Below, one piece after another: positions 23,575 through 34,216 of a stretch of DNA of 64,000 nt. Every line of letters starts with the position of its first letter. Within the stretch, counting starts at the first letter, position 1. A program made the position numbers and the translations under genes. Source of the stretch: Gemmatimonadota bacterium (GTDB lineage Bacteria; Gemmatimonadota; Gemmatimonadetes; Gemmatimonadales; GWC2-71-9). The notes beneath the pieces were generated by a model, which was not told the origin of the DNA, made no database searches, and saw only the letters and a program-made list of their open reading frames with translations. The stretch covers positions 1 through 64,000 of the forward strand of contig JBDHAB010000003.1 of assembly GCA_039588295.1 (NCBI GenBank), read 5' to 3'.

Positions 23575-25908
23575 TCACATGCGAAACAGATAGCTCACTT
23601 TGAGAAAGAATCCGTCGGCTACACGCTCCAACTCCGCAAAGCGGAACGCATTTGGCTCGGTGAGGCTGGCACCATACCCGAGAAAGACCACGGTCCCCGG
23701 CGTGGGCCGATAGGAGAACAGCCAGTCGATGCGGAGGTCGTTCGAGGTCACCGGCGCCGCAACACTGAACGTCCCGGTGTCGGGATCGAGCAGTAAGATC
23801 GGTTCGTCGGTCCGCGGGTCGCGCAGAGCATCCCGTTCTTGAGAGACGTACTGGCCGACGACCCGCACGAAGATCGGTCGGGAAACCTGATACTCGATCT
23901 TGAGTCGTGGGATATGCGCGGTGGAGAACCGCGTGCCGTCTCGCTCCCGGTTCAATCTGGCGTAGACGTAGCGGGCCTCCGTGCGGAGCTGGTCCGTAGG
24001 TCGCCAAGCGAACGTGGCATGGAACGCCAGTGCGTTGGCGCGGGCCGGCTCGAAGAACGTGATGTCCTTGCCGATCGTCGTTCCAATGCTCGCCGAAAAC
24101 CCGGGAAACTCGGGTGTCGCAACACTCGCACTAATGGTGAACACGTCGTTGATTCGGTCGGGCACGGCGAAGGCCACGGTATCTGTCACGGTCGGCGTGC
24201 CGCGTTCCACGTAGTAGTCGTCGTAGAACGCCGGATCGAACGAGGTGGTCGACCACGAAGGTGTGATCGTTGGACGCCAGTTCCCTCGAAGGGTGATGAA
24301 GTTCGTGGCGCTGACGCTGGTCTCCAGCGGAGCTCTCGCGTCGAAGAAATCGTTGTAATCCCAGATCCCATCGAGCGCGAAAAAGGCGGTCCAGTTCTCG
24401 AGTAGCGCTCCCGGATTCCCGTAGGCGGTCAGTCGGTTCACGAAGAAGGGATGCACGATGCCGGTTCGCGGCACAAAGCCGCTCTGGGCCTGAAAATCGG
24501 GATGGATTCCCGAAACGGTGTAGTGAAACCCCCAGTGACGTCCGGTCCGATCGGCCGTGATCTGCCACAACGGACCGGCGACGCTGGAACCGTCGGTCCG
24601 TGTGAAGGCGCCGGCAATCTGTGCCTCCACAAAATAGAGCTTCGCGAACACAATCCGGGCGTCCGCCGACGCGACGCGGTTGTAGTCATCGCCGTCGATC
24701 TTGTCCGTGTAGCTCACCCCGATCGTGGAGCTCGTGCCAAGATCCCGGCGGAGACGTAGCAGATTGAAAATCGGGTGGTCGGATCCGGTCGCCGACGCCG
24801 CTTTGGCATCGATGGTGGAGAGAAATCCAATGTTGGTCCTACCGGCCTTTCCCGCCAGCTTGACACCGCCGAGCGGGTTGATGATACGGCGCATGTAGAT
24901 CAGTTGGTTCGGCGTGTCAAACTGCTCGATGCCTTCGAGGAAGAACGGCCGCTTCTCCGGAAAGAAGACGGCGAATCGCTCATTGACGGTCACCTGGCCG
25001 ACGTCCGCCTCGACCTGCGAGAAGTCGGGATTGGCAGTCACGTCAAACGTCAGATTGGGTGTGATACCCCACCGCGCATTGACGCCCACCTCAGGTGTTG
25101 CATCGTATGCCCAGCCGGTTGTGTCGGGCTCACCAAGCATCTTTCCGGTGGCGAAGGGGTTCACGTCCACCACGAGACCACGCCGCAATCCCGTCAGATC
25201 CTCGAGGGTCCCTGACTGTGCCAGGAAGGAGGCGTTCGCTCGCCGCGCCGGTGTCCAGGTGTCCTCGTAGCCAGAGTGCTGGATCTTGCGGATAATGTTG
25301 ATCGCCCAGGTCTGGGGCTCTCCCGACTGGTAACGAATGCTCTTGAACGGGATGAACACCTCGACCTCGTATCCGTCCTCGACAACCCGTCCCTTCGACT
25401 CGAACACGAAGTCAGGGTTCAGATCGAGGTTTTGAAACTGGCCGCCGGCGCCAGGTCCACCAGCGGCCCCCATGGTCCCTTCGCTCCGGATACCGTCGGT
25501 CTGGATGCCCAGCGGGTTGACTCCGAAGACGAATGCTCGACGGCGGTCGTTGAAGGTGTCCAGCAGGATCTGGACGTAGTCATCGGTATCGATCTTGTCT
25601 CGATCGGCGAGCGTGGCATTCACGATTCCGTGCGGTTCGAATGCGCGTACCCCGAAATACATGCCGCTCGGCGAATACCAGACCCTCACCTCGCACGAAT
25701 CGATTGCCGCAGCGCCGTCCACCGGCTGATACTGCGAGAAGCCCGTCAGCATCGCGGCACGGTTCCACACGTCTTCTTCCAGCACGCCATCGATGGTGGC
25801 GGTTGCCTCGATGCGGGGTGGACGTACGGCGAGCTGGCCCGACCGACCGTGGTAGACGTTGGAGTCGGGAGCAACAGCCTGCAGTGCGAAGAGTAGGGGA
25901 ATCAGCAC
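23575..25908 (-). CDS. CBM9-like + DUF5916 exported/outer-membrane protein
   Basis: IDGVLEE..W, DTFND.RRAF.FGVNP.G.Q.DG, NPDFSQVEAD, FPEKRPFFLEG, C-terminal FLKVSYLFR. Confidence 0.85.
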   Translation of the reverse strand: MLIPLLFALQAVAPDSNVYHGRSGQLAVRPPRIEATATIDGVLEEDVWNRAAMLTGFSQYQPVDGAAAIDSCEVRVWYSPSGMYFGVRAFEPHGIVNATLADRDKIDTDDYVQILLDTFNDRRRAFVFGVNPLGIQTDGIRSEGTMGAAGGPGAGGQFQNLDLNPDFVFESKGRVVEDGYEVEVFIPFKSIRYQSGEPQTWAINIIRKIQHSGYEDTWTPARRANASFLAQSGTLEDLTGLRRGLVVDVNPFATGKMLGEPDTTGWAYDATPEVGVNARWGITPNLTFDVTANPDFSQVEADVGQVTVNERFAVFFPEKRPFFLEGIEQFDTPNQLIYMRRIINPLGGVKLAGKAGRTNIGFLSTIDAKAASATGSDHPIFNLLRLRRDLGTSSTIGVSYTDKIDGDDYNRVASADARIVFAKLYFVEAQIAGAFTRTDGSSVAGPLWQITADRTGRHWGFHYTVSGIHPDFQAQSGFVPRTGIVHPFFVNRLTAYGNPGALLENWTAFFALDGIWDYNDFFDARAPLETSVSATNFITLRGNWRPTITPSWSTTSFDPAFYDDYYVERGTPTVTDTVAFAVPDRINDVFTISASVATPEFPGFSASIGTTIGKDITFFEPARANALAFHATFAWRPTDQLRTEARYVYARLNRERDGTRFSTAHIPRLKIEYQVSRPIFVRVVGQYVSQERDALRDPRTDEPILLLDPDTGTFSVAAPVTSNDLRIDWLFSYRPTPGTVVFLGYGASLTEPNAFRFAELERVADGFFLKVSYLFRM

Positions 25909-25999
25909 AACCGGAAAGATACTGTGGGCGTCAGTGGTCAGAGCCCGAGGCCCAAGTCATTCGATATGACCGCGGGTCTCGGGCTCCGACGATGTGGTG

Positions 26000-27214
26000 T
26001 TATTCGTAGCGCAACGCTTCGATGGGATCCAGTCGCGCCGCCCGTCTGGCCGGCCAGAGACCAAAGAAGACCCCGACGAAGGCACTAAACGCCACCGCGA
26101 GTCCGACCGCCGGCAGGGAGACGTACGTATTCCAGTTCGCGAGCTCAGAGAGCGCAATCGCGCCACCGGTGCCAAACAGGATCCCGATGGCACCACCCAT
26201 CATGCAGAGCACGAGCGCTTCGACGAGAAACTGCAGCATGATGTTTCCCCGCGTCGCGCCCAGCGCCTTCCGCACACCGATCTCACGGGTTCGCTCGGTG
26301 ACGGACACGAGCATGATGTTCATGATGCCGATGCCGCCGACCAACAAGCTCACGGCGGCAATCCCGCCGAGGAGGAAGGTGAACGTCTTCGTTGTTTCCT
26401 CGAACGTCGTCAGGAACTGCGTGAAGTCCCGAATCTGGAAATCGTTGTCCTTGCCGGGGGCAATCGCGTGCTCCCGACGAAGGACCTGCTCGATTTGGAT
26501 CATTGCTACCGTCATCGAGTCCGGATGCGCGACTTGGACGGTGATGGAATTGACGCGATCGCTCCCGAAAATCCGATACTGAGCGGTCTGCAGCGGAATC
26601 AAGATCTGCTCGTCCGGGTTGAACCAGCTGCTGCTCGAGCCCTTCTGGGCCAACACGCCCACGATCTCGAACTGAATACCACGGATCCGAATCTGCTGGC
26701 CGAGCATCGCAGCGCCGTTCGCGCCGAGCATTTCGGGTACCGCGTTTCCGAGCACGGCCACGCGTTTGCGTGCGCTGCCGTCTCCGGTCGTGAACACCCG
26801 GCCGTGCTCGATGGAGTAGTTGTTCACCTCCACGTAGTCTGGGACGGTTCCGTTGACGTTCACGTTGATGTTCTGGTTCACGTACTCGACTTGCTGGTTG
26901 CGTCGGATCTCGGGCACTACGGCGGTGAGCACAGGAGCGTCCTGTTCCAGCGCCTCGGCGTCCAGGCTCGTCAGAGCCACACGGTCCGCGCTGGCCACCC
27001 CGCGGTGCATGGACTGTCCTGCGTAGACGGTGAGCAGGTTCGTGCCAAGCGCCGAGATCTGGTCTTGGACCGCCTTCTGGGCGCCCGATCCCAAGGCCAC
27101 CATCGTGATGACGGCTCCCACACCGATTACGATGCCGAGCGCGGTAAGGAACGAGCGAAGCTTGTTCGCGCGGATGGCGCCGAGGGCAACGTTGATGATT
27201 TCACCGAAGAGCAT
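26000..27214 (-). CDS. MacB-type ABC transporter permease
   Basis: NKLRSFLTALGIVIGV, VGGIGIMNIMLVSVTERTREIGVRKALGA, PARRAARLDPIEALRYE. Confidence 0.95.
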   Translation of the reverse strand: MLFGEIINVALGAIRANKLRSFLTALGIVIGVGAVITMVALGSGAQKAVQDQISALGTNLLTVYAGQSMHRGVASADRVALTSLDAEALEQDAPVLTAVVPEIRRNQQVEYVNQNINVNVNGTVPDYVEVNNYSIEHGRVFTTGDGSARKRVAVLGNAVPEMLGANGAAMLGQQIRIRGIQFEIVGVLAQKGSSSSWFNPDEQILIPLQTAQYRIFGSDRVNSITVQVAHPDSMTVAMIQIEQVLRREHAIAPGKDNDFQIRDFTQFLTTFEETTKTFTFLLGGIAAVSLLVGGIGIMNIMLVSVTERTREIGVRKALGATRGNIMLQFLVEALVLCMMGGAIGILFGTGGAIALSELANWNTYVSLPAVGLAVAFSAFVGVFFGLWPARRAARLDPIEALRYE

Positions 27215-27247
27215 GTGCGCTCCGTTCTCGAGGTTGTGGCACGTCCG

Positions 27248-28735
27248 CTAGCGCCGTTGCACGCCAGGAAGTCCCCCGGCACGCTGATTGACCCGCTCCT
27301 GGAATGCCTGCTGGCTCGCGATGAGACTGGCACTGGGCATGATCAGCACGGTGTCCGCCTCGGTGAGCCCGTTGACCACTTCGGAGTAGTCGAGGTCGGT
27401 GAGGCCGGTTCTGATGGGAACCGGCGTCGGTGTGCCGTCCCGCATCGCGAACACGATATAGTCGCCACCGAACAACGCCGCGCTGTCGTCCGTTTGACGA
27501 TGATCACGACCTTGCCCGCTGCCCGAACCACGTAACTTCTGGAGCAGCGCACGGTCCTCGGCTGATAGTGCCGCCGGCCCACCGCCTTCACGCATCTTCG
27601 TGAAGACCGCCCGCACTTGCTCGGCAGTGTACCCCTCCGGTATGGGGACCTCGCGGCCCATCATGTTGACGGTCTGGCGTTGCGCCTGTTGGCCGTTCGA
27701 ACCGGCCTGTCCTTCGGGTGCGTCTCCTTCGGGTGGCGCGGCTGCCAGCCGGCGAGCTTCAGCGATTTGTTCCTGCACTGCTTCCGGGTCGAGCCCAAGG
27801 ACCGATGCGGCAGAGCCGACATCTCGCTCGGTTCTCAGTGCGGAGTTGGGGACGGCCAACACTCCGCTCCGATCCCCGACGTGCACCTCGACCTCCGCGT
27901 TCATCCCGGGCTTGAGTACCATGTTCTCGTTCGCGATCCGCACCAGTACCGGGAACATGGTGACGTTCTGCTGCACCAGGGCCTGCGGCTCGATCTTGAG
28001 AACGCGACCCCGGAATGGGCGGTTGGGATATGCCTCCACTGTAATGGTGACATCCATGCCCGGTTGGATCTTGCCGATGTCCGTCTCGTCCACGAGGGAG
28101 CGCACCTGCACCGTGTCGAGGTTTGCCATCTGGAGCAGGGCGGCGCCACCGCCAACTTCGCGCGTCGCGGACTGAACGACCGTGCCCACCTCGACGTTCT
28201 TCTGGATGATGACCCCTGCGGCCGGCGCCCGCACATCGGTGTCCTCGTACGAGATCTTGGCATCCTCTAGCGAGCGCTCCGCCCGGATCAATTGGGCACG
28301 GGCGTTCGCTGCCTGAAGGTTCGCAGTCTCGTACTCCTGCTCGGTGATCGACTGGGTCTTGAAGAGGTCCTCAGCGCGACGGAACTGTGACTCCGAGTTG
28401 GTGAGCTGCGCCTTGGCAACGTCCAAGTCCGCCTCCGCCTGTTGCAGGGCGTTGCGCGTGACACGCGGGTCGACCTTCACGAGGAGCTGGCCCGGCTCTA
28501 CGACATCGCCGACGTCCACCCGTACCTCCATCAGCTCTCCCGATGCCTTGGACTTGATGTCGACGGTCGTGACCGGCTCGATCACACCAGCAGCGCTCGC
28601 CGATACGACGATGTCACGAGTGGAAACCGGGATCATCTGATAGACGGGCGCCTGCTCCTCCTCAGCGCAGCTCGTCAACAATAGGGCACCGATGACCACG
28701 GACGCGGTTCGATATGCTACGCACTTGGTGTTCAT
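27248..28735 (-). CDS. MacA-type periplasmic adaptor (MFP)
   Basis: Lipoyl/hairpin pattern, VDETDIG, LKPGMNA, TGLTD. Confidence 0.92.
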   Translation of the reverse strand: MNTKCVAYRTASVVIGALLLTSCAEEEQAPVYQMIPVSTRDIVVSASAAGVIEPVTTVDIKSKASGELMEVRVDVGDVVEPGQLLVKVDPRVTRNALQQAEADLDVAKAQLTNSESQFRRAEDLFKTQSITEQEYETANLQAANARAQLIRAERSLEDAKISYEDTDVRAPAAGVIIQKNVEVGTVVQSATREVGGGAALLQMANLDTVQVRSLVDETDIGKIQPGMDVTITVEAYPNRPFRGRVLKIEPQALVQQNVTMFPVLVRIANENMVLKPGMNAEVEVHVGDRSGVLAVPNSALRTERDVGSAASVLGLDPEAVQEQIAEARRLAAAPPEGDAPEGQAGSNGQQAQRQTVNMMGREVPIPEGYTAEQVRAVFTKMREGGGPAALSAEDRALLQKLRGSGSGQGRDHRQTDDSAALFGGDYIVFAMRDGTPTPVPIRTGLTDLDYSEVVNGLTEADTVLIMPSASLIASQQAFQERVNQRAGGLPGVQRR

Positions 28736-29478
28736 GCTGTTCTCTCTGTGATCACATCGCGCTCGACCAGACCGTCTAGTAGATGCACCTGACGACCGGC
28801 GTGAGCCGCGATATCGCGTTCGTGAGTGATGAGCAGAATCGTCTGCCCCTGGGAATGGAGATCCTCCAAGACCTCCATGATCTCTGAACTCGTGTGACTG
28901 TCGAGGTTTCCCGTCGGCTCGTCCGCCAACAAGATACTCGGGTTGTTGACCAACGCTCTGGCGATCGCCACGCGTTGCCGCTGGCCACCGGACAGCTCGT
29001 TGGGCTTGTGCGTCATCCGGTCGGCCAACCCCACGCGCGCCAACGCGTCGGCTGCCTGTTCCCGCCGCGCCTTGCCGGAGATCCCGGCGTAGATCAGTGG
29101 CAACTCGACGTTGTGGAGCGACGTCGCACGCGGCAGCAAGTTGAATGTCTGGAAGACGAAGCCGATCTCCTTGTTGCGAATCCGTGCGAGCTCGTCGTCG
29201 TCCAGTTCACTCACTTTCTGACTATTCAGCCAATACTCGCCACCGGTAGGCGTGTCGAGACAGCCGATGAGGTTCATCAGCGTGGACTTCCCGGAGCCGG
29301 ACGGCCCCATGATCGCGCTGAACTCGTTCCGGCGAACCTGTAGGCTGATGCCCTGTAGCGCGCGCACCACTTCGGTCCCAACCACGTAGTCGCGCTTCAA
29401 CTTGTGGGTCAGGATAATGATGTCCGGCTGGGGAATGTCCCCCGTGCGGAAGTCCATTTTCATGGTCGAATCGGTCAT
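28732..29478 (-). CDS. MacB/LolD-type ABC ATP-binding protein
   Basis: [32 protein letters not shown]. Confidence 0.95.
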   Translation of the reverse strand: MTDSTMKMDFRTGDIPQPDIIILTHKLKRDYVVGTEVVRALQGISLQVRRNEFSAIMGPSGSGKSTLMNLIGCLDTPTGGEYWLNSQKVSELDDDELARIRNKEIGFVFQTFNLLPRATSLHNVELPLIYAGISGKARREQAADALARVGLADRMTHKPNELSGGQRQRVAIARALVNNPSILLADEPTGNLDSHTSSEIMEVLEDLHSQGQTILLITHERDIAAHAGRQVHLLDGLVERDVITERTA

Positions 29479-30767
29479 AGCTCTCTCCCCACGAGGGCCT
29501 CGATCTGTGCCTTGGCGACCCTGAAATCCAGTCGCGCCTGTACGATATCGACCTCGGCCTGGTCAAGACTGATCTGAGACGCGAGGACGTCGAGAATCGT
29601 AGCCGCTCCCAGCCGATAGCGTTCCTGTTGTACGCGAAGCTCCTCGTCGGCAGCCGCGCGACTCGCCTCGGCGATCGAGAAGCTCTGTTCGGCCGCGGCC
29701 AGTGCTGCCACATACTGTGTAAGCTGTGCGTTGACCTGCCGTCGCGCGTCCTCGGCGTCGGCGAGCGCCGCGTCCCGGTTCACCGCGGAACGCGTCATGT
29801 TGGTCTCGCGTGTAAAGCCGTTGAAGATCGGCCAATTCAGACTCAGCCGCGCCGACCACGACGGATCGAGGCTGCCGAGTTCCTGTCCCGCCCACGATCG
29901 CGAGTAGGAAGCGTTGATCGTGGGGAAATACTGTGCCCGGGAGACCGCAACGGAAGCCTCCGCCGCCCGCGCGTCCGCGTCTGCCTGGAGGACGACCGGT
30001 GACAGCGTCACGGCTTCCGTCCGTAGTTGTGCCGTGTCCACCGGAACCGGTTGGTACAGGACCGAGTCGGCGATCGGCCGGACGGTCCCGTCCACGCCGA
30101 TCAGGCGCGCGAGATTTGCCTCGGCGGTCGCGCGCTGCGTCTCAGCGTTCAGCCGCTGCAACTCGGCGGTCCCAAGCTCGACGCGTCCGCGCAGCGTGTC
30201 CGACCGAATCGCGCTGCCGGCCGCCAGCTTGTCAATCGAGACTCGCAGCTGCTCGCGGGCGCGCTCGATCCGTCGTTCGGAGACTCTCACGAGGTCGTTC
30301 GCGGCAAGCGCGTTGAAGAATGCCTGCTTGGTTTGCAGAATGACCTGGAACTCCTGATTCACCAGTCCCGCATCCGCGCTGGCCAGGTCGGCGCTTGCGG
30401 AACGATTCTCTGCGAATCGGCGAAAGCCGTCGAACAGTTGGAGGGATGCGCTCAAACCGGTTGAGTATGAGTTCGCGGCGCCGGTAATCGTGGTCTGCGT
30501 TCTGTCGTCGAAACGGGACGATGAGTTGCGGCTTGCCGACCCGCTGCCCGAGATCGTCGGAAGGAAGCTCCCAATGGCCTGGCGCTTGCTTGCTCCGGCG
30601 GTCGACACTTGCCCGCGGGCGCGCACGACCGACGGGTTCACCAGCAGGGCAAGCTCGATGGCGTCGTCCAGTGTGACTGAATGGGTCTGCGCCTGCGCGG
30701 TTGTGGGCAGCAGGACGGCGAGGCCGGCTGCTGCCACCAACGTATGAAACGTTGTCCTATTTCTCAT
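29475..30767 (-). CDS. tolC: TolC-family outer membrane protein
   Basis: Signal peptide; two OEP repeats; [14 protein letters not shown]. Confidence 0.9.
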   Translation of the reverse strand: MRNRTTFHTLVAAAGLAVLLPTTAQAQTHSVTLDDAIELALLVNPSVVRARGQVSTAGASKRQAIGSFLPTISGSGSASRNSSSRFDDRTQTTITGAANSYSTGLSASLQLFDGFRRFAENRSASADLASADAGLVNQEFQVILQTKQAFFNALAANDLVRVSERRIERAREQLRVSIDKLAAGSAIRSDTLRGRVELGTAELQRLNAETQRATAEANLARLIGVDGTVRPIADSVLYQPVPVDTAQLRTEAVTLSPVVLQADADARAAEASVAVSRAQYFPTINASYSRSWAGQELGSLDPSWSARLSLNWPIFNGFTRETNMTRSAVNRDAALADAEDARRQVNAQLTQYVAALAAAEQSFSIAEASRAAADEELRVQQERYRLGAATILDVLASQISLDQAEVDIVQARLDFRVAKAQIEALVGREL

Positions 30768-31158
30768 GCTGCGATCCTCGTTCTCGCGGGCCCCTTCGAT
30801 GATCCGAGCGCGCGAGCAGCTCCTCAAGGGCCTCTCGTTGATCGTCGTCGAGAAGAACCGTGATTTCGGTGTGAATTTGTTGGCGGAGGGTGTCAAAGCG
30901 TGGGCCGATTTCGTCCCACAGCTCCCGCATCGACTCCTGCCGCTGCTCGAGAATGACGTCGACGGACTCACGCTGCGCCGGCGTGAGCGCAAGCTCCCGC
31001 TGGAGACGCTCGGCGTAACTCACGCGCTCGCGCGGTGGGCGTCGGGGGCCGTCGAGCCGATCCCCCCAAGCTGCCAGCGCTACCCCTCCCACGGCCACAC
31101 CGAGGGCAAACGTGGCGAAGAGCAGACTGGCAGCGAGAACCTTCGATCGATTGAACAT
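30757..31158 (-). CDS. Spy/CpxP-like periplasmic sensor protein
   Basis: N-terminal TM; ELALTPAQ and LDDDQ motifs. Confidence 0.75.
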   Translation of the reverse strand: MFNRSKVLAASLLFATFALGVAVGGVALAAWGDRLDGPRRPPRERVSYAERLQRELALTPAQRESVDVILEQRQESMRELWDEIGPRFDTLRQQIHTEITVLLDDDQREALEELLARSDHRRGPRERGSQHEK

Positions 31159-31240
31159 GACGTTCTTCTGGTAACGCTCCGGTTGGGATCCAGTAATTAG
31201 TCTCTCGCGTTTATCGATCGCATCTTTGAGATACGCCGTC

Positions 31241-31636
31241 TCATCTCCGCAGTGCCACGGACAGGACCTCGTCCACGTCCGGTACCTGCCGGCCGGCAAG
31301 GAGCACCGGCACGGTAAGCTGCTGGCTGTCACTGCCAAGTGGGTCCCCGAGCACGGCGGAACCATTGGCCGCCGTTGCACTCCCGCGGCCGACCCAGAGC
31401 CCGGCCGAAAACGCTGCGATGGCGATCACCAACATCGCCGCCACCAACCCCGGCCGCGCCCATTCCGTGAGAGTCGACCACCACTGGAGGTTGGCGCCGA
31501 GGTCTCCGTAGACCTGGTCCGCCGCAGCGACCACCCGTTGGGCGAAACGCGCATCATTCCCGTCAGACAGTGCCTGGCGGAGTGCGTCGCCCAATTCGCG
31601 GTCGGGCCGATGATCAAACGGTGAAGCGTCGGGCAT
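31241..31636 (-). CDS. Putative single-TM anti-sigma factor
   Basis: Coupled to the sigma gene (TAATG); one TM helix. Confidence 0.6.
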   Translation of the reverse strand: MPDASPFDHRPDRELGDALRQALSDGNDARFAQRVVAAADQVYGDLGANLQWWSTLTEWARPGLVAAMLVIAIAAFSAGLWVGRGSATAANGSAVLGDPLGSDSQQLTVPVLLAGRQVPDVDEVLSVALRR

Positions 31637-32184
31637 TACCCTTGCTCCTTCCAATCCTTCCAAGGTGCCAGCAGTTCACGAAGTGCGCGGCGCGCGTGAA
31701 ACACGTCTGACCGCACGGTCCCATCCGGGATGTTGAGAATCTCGCCGATCTCACGGTGCGAGTACCCCTCCACGTCGAACAGGACCAACGCCATTCGCTG
31801 TCGCTCCGGCAGCGTCGCAAGCGCGTCGCGCAGCCCTTCTCGCAGTCGCTCCTTGTCGGCCTCCACGTCCGGCCCGGGCTGACGGGCCGGGAGGTCCGGC
31901 GAGATGGGCATGGCGGTCCGAACCTTCCGCCGCCGCCGCCGGTCGCTCGCCGCATTTGCCACGATTCGCAGGAGCCAGGGCCCGAACGGCCGTTCCGGAT
32001 CGAACCGCCCGAGATGCCGCAACGCCGACAGGAAGCCGTCCTGGGCCGCGTCGTCGGCCTCGTCGGGGTTCGCCAGTATCGCTCGGGCCACCCGCCGGGC
32101 CGGGCCCGCGTATCGCGTCACCAGCTCGCCGAACGCCTCCCGGTCACCTGCTTGGGCGAGCGCGGCGAGCTCGGCATCCTCCAT
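31636..32184 (-). CDS. ECF RNA polymerase sigma factor
   Basis: AGDREAFGELV, ADDAAQDGF, FGPWLLRI, LPERQR..EGYSHREIGEIL..GTVRS. Confidence 0.93.
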   Translation of the reverse strand: MEDAELAALAQAGDREAFGELVTRYAGPARRVARAILANPDEADDAAQDGFLSALRHLGRFDPERPFGPWLLRIVANAASDRRRRRKVRTAMPISPDLPARQPGPDVEADKERLREGLRDALATLPERQRMALVLFDVEGYSHREIGEILNIPDGTVRSDVFHARRALRELLAPWKDWKEQG

Positions 32185-32222
32185 ATAGTTCGTACGCACG
32201 AGAGGTTGCAGATGTTGGGGTC

Positions 32223-33638
32223 CTAGCCCTCCGAATGCCGGCGGCGCTCCAGGAACTGCCACGTAGCCGCCCCAGCGAGCCCGAAGCAGAACACGGCCAG
32301 GCCATAGGCCATGACCCGTGGAAGTGCCACGAACAGTACCCCGCTGCCGAGAAGAGTAAAGACCACCGCCCCGGCCAAGGACCGGCGTGCACCACCTACC
32401 ACGGTGCGCAGCGCCACGACGGTGCGTCGCGAGAGTTCCCCCGGGGCGCGCTGGCCAGGCGGGACTGGCAACGGCTCCGAGGGCACGACGGCAGGAGGCA
32501 ATCGGGTGCTCAGCGCCTCCGGTGCGCGGACCGGGCGGAGCACGATCTCGACGGCGTTCGTCAGGTCGCGCCGGAACTGTTGGGCCGCGCTCCCTGATGC
32601 CGTCGGCCCCGAGATGAGCACATCCAACTCATGATTGGCGAGGAAACTGGAAGGGTTGAGGTTGCTCGAACCCACCTTCAGGAACGTGTCGTCCACGACG
32701 ATGGTCTTTGCGTGAAGCATCGGACCGTGCCACTCCCAGATCCGGACACCGGCCTCGAGCAGCTCTCGGTAGCCGACGCGGGTGAGAGTCCGCACGGCCG
32801 GAATATCCGTATGGCCGGGGACGAGTATCCTCACGTCGACTCCGTCGCGTGCTGCGGCTCCGAGACTGGCAAACAGGGGGGTGGCCACGACGAGATAGGC
32901 ATCCGTGACCCAGATACGTCCTGCCGCAGAGGCCGCAAGGAGACCGATGGCCCGGTAGAGACGGAGGCTTCCCGGCACTCCTTCAACGACTCGCACGGCC
33001 GCCTCTCCGCGTGGATCCACCTTGGCGGGGACCCGGTAGTCGGGGGCCGGACCATCCGAAGCCTGCCACAGCCTCAGGAACGACCACTCCAGTTTCGGCA
33101 CCGCGGGTCCGACGATGTGAACGGCAGCGTCCCGCCAGGGCGGCTGTCCGCGCTCGGGCTCACCGGCCCACTCGTCCCCGATACAGATCCCACCCAGGAT
33201 CGCGTCCATCCCGTCGACCCCCATGTACTTCCGGTGATTCCGTCGCACCGACGCAAACGGTCGCAGGACATTGAGGCGGTTGAAGGTACGCACGTGAATC
33301 CCGTGGCTCCGCAGGCGCTTCCAGTATCCCCGGGATGTCCGGCGGCTCCCCCAATGGTCGACGAGCACGCTCACGCTGATACCCCGGTGGGCGGCCGCGA
33401 TCAATCGCTCGGCGAACCGGGTGCCGATGGCGTCGTCCCGAATGATGTAGTTCTCGAAATGGACCCATTGTTGCGCTTGGTCGATCAGCGCCAGCATCGC
33501 GGCGAAAGCCTCCGGGCCGTCGATCAATTGCGTGATGGCGTTACCCGGGATTGCGCGGGTGTTGCAGACCCGGTCCACTGCTCGCCCGAGTGGGTCTCCG
33601 GCGACGTCGACCGGGCGATTGCGCACCGGGCGGGTCAC
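32223..33638 (-). CDS. cls: Cardiolipin synthase-like phospholipase D protein
   Basis: Two HKD motifs, HRKYMGVD and HAKTIVVD; GSSNL; C-terminal TMs. Confidence 0.88.
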   Translation of the reverse strand: MTRPVRNRPVDVAGDPLGRAVDRVCNTRAIPGNAITQLIDGPEAFAAMLALIDQAQQWVHFENYIIRDDAIGTRFAERLIAAAHRGISVSVLVDHWGSRRTSRGYWKRLRSHGIHVRTFNRLNVLRPFASVRRNHRKYMGVDGMDAILGGICIGDEWAGEPERGQPPWRDAAVHIVGPAVPKLEWSFLRLWQASDGPAPDYRVPAKVDPRGEAAVRVVEGVPGSLRLYRAIGLLAASAAGRIWVTDAYLVVATPLFASLGAAARDGVDVRILVPGHTDIPAVRTLTRVGYRELLEAGVRIWEWHGPMLHAKTIVVDDTFLKVGSSNLNPSSFLANHELDVLISGPTASGSAAQQFRRDLTNAVEIVLRPVRAPEALSTRLPPAVVPSEPLPVPPGQRAPGELSRRTVVALRTVVGGARRSLAGAVVFTLLGSGVLFVALPRVMAYGLAVFCFGLAGAATWQFLERRRHSEG

Positions 33639-34213
33639 GCAGTGCCGAGGCCGAGACGCTCCTCCACGGACCGGAGTGCCTCGATGACGAACTGGATGTG
33701 TTCGTCCAGCGGGACGCCGAGCTCCTCGGCGCCTTGCCGCACCTCCTCACGATTTACGCCGCGCGCGAACGCCTTGTCCTTGAGCTTCTTCTTGACGCTC
33801 TTCACTTGGAGGTCCTGAACGCTCTTGGAGGGGCGTACGAGCGCGCATGCTGTGAGGAACCCGCAGAGCTCGTCGACCGCAAACAGTGTCTTCGCCATCA
33901 ACGACTCTCGCGGGACTCCCGTGTATGCGGCATGGCCGAGTATTGCGGTGAGCACGGGTTCCGGGAGTCCTCGTTCACGCAGCACCTGCACGCCGAAGGA
34001 CGGGTGCTCGCTGTCCGCTGAGTGATTGTCGTTGGGATACTTCTCATAGTCGAAATCGTGCAACAGCCCGATCAGTCCCCACGTGTCCTCATCCTCCCCG
34101 TACTTCCGGGCGTAGGCGCGCATTGCCGCCTCGACCGCATACATGTGCTTGCGGAGCGCATCGGACTCCGTGTATTCGTGCATCAAAGCCAACGCTTCTT
34201 CGTAGGTCATCAT
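33635..34213 (-). CDS. HDIG-domain metal-dependent phosphohydrolase
   Basis: LRKHM, GLLHDFDYE, DELCG..ACALVRP, KDKAFARGVNR. Confidence 0.9.
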   Translation of the reverse strand: MMTYEEALALMHEYTESDALRKHMYAVEAAMRAYARKYGEDEDTWGLIGLLHDFDYEKYPNDNHSADSEHPSFGVQVLRERGLPEPVLTAILGHAAYTGVPRESLMAKTLFAVDELCGFLTACALVRPSKSVQDLQVKSVKKKLKDKAFARGVNREEVRQGAEELGVPLDEHIQFVIEALRSVEERLGLGTA

Positions 34214-34216
34214 TCG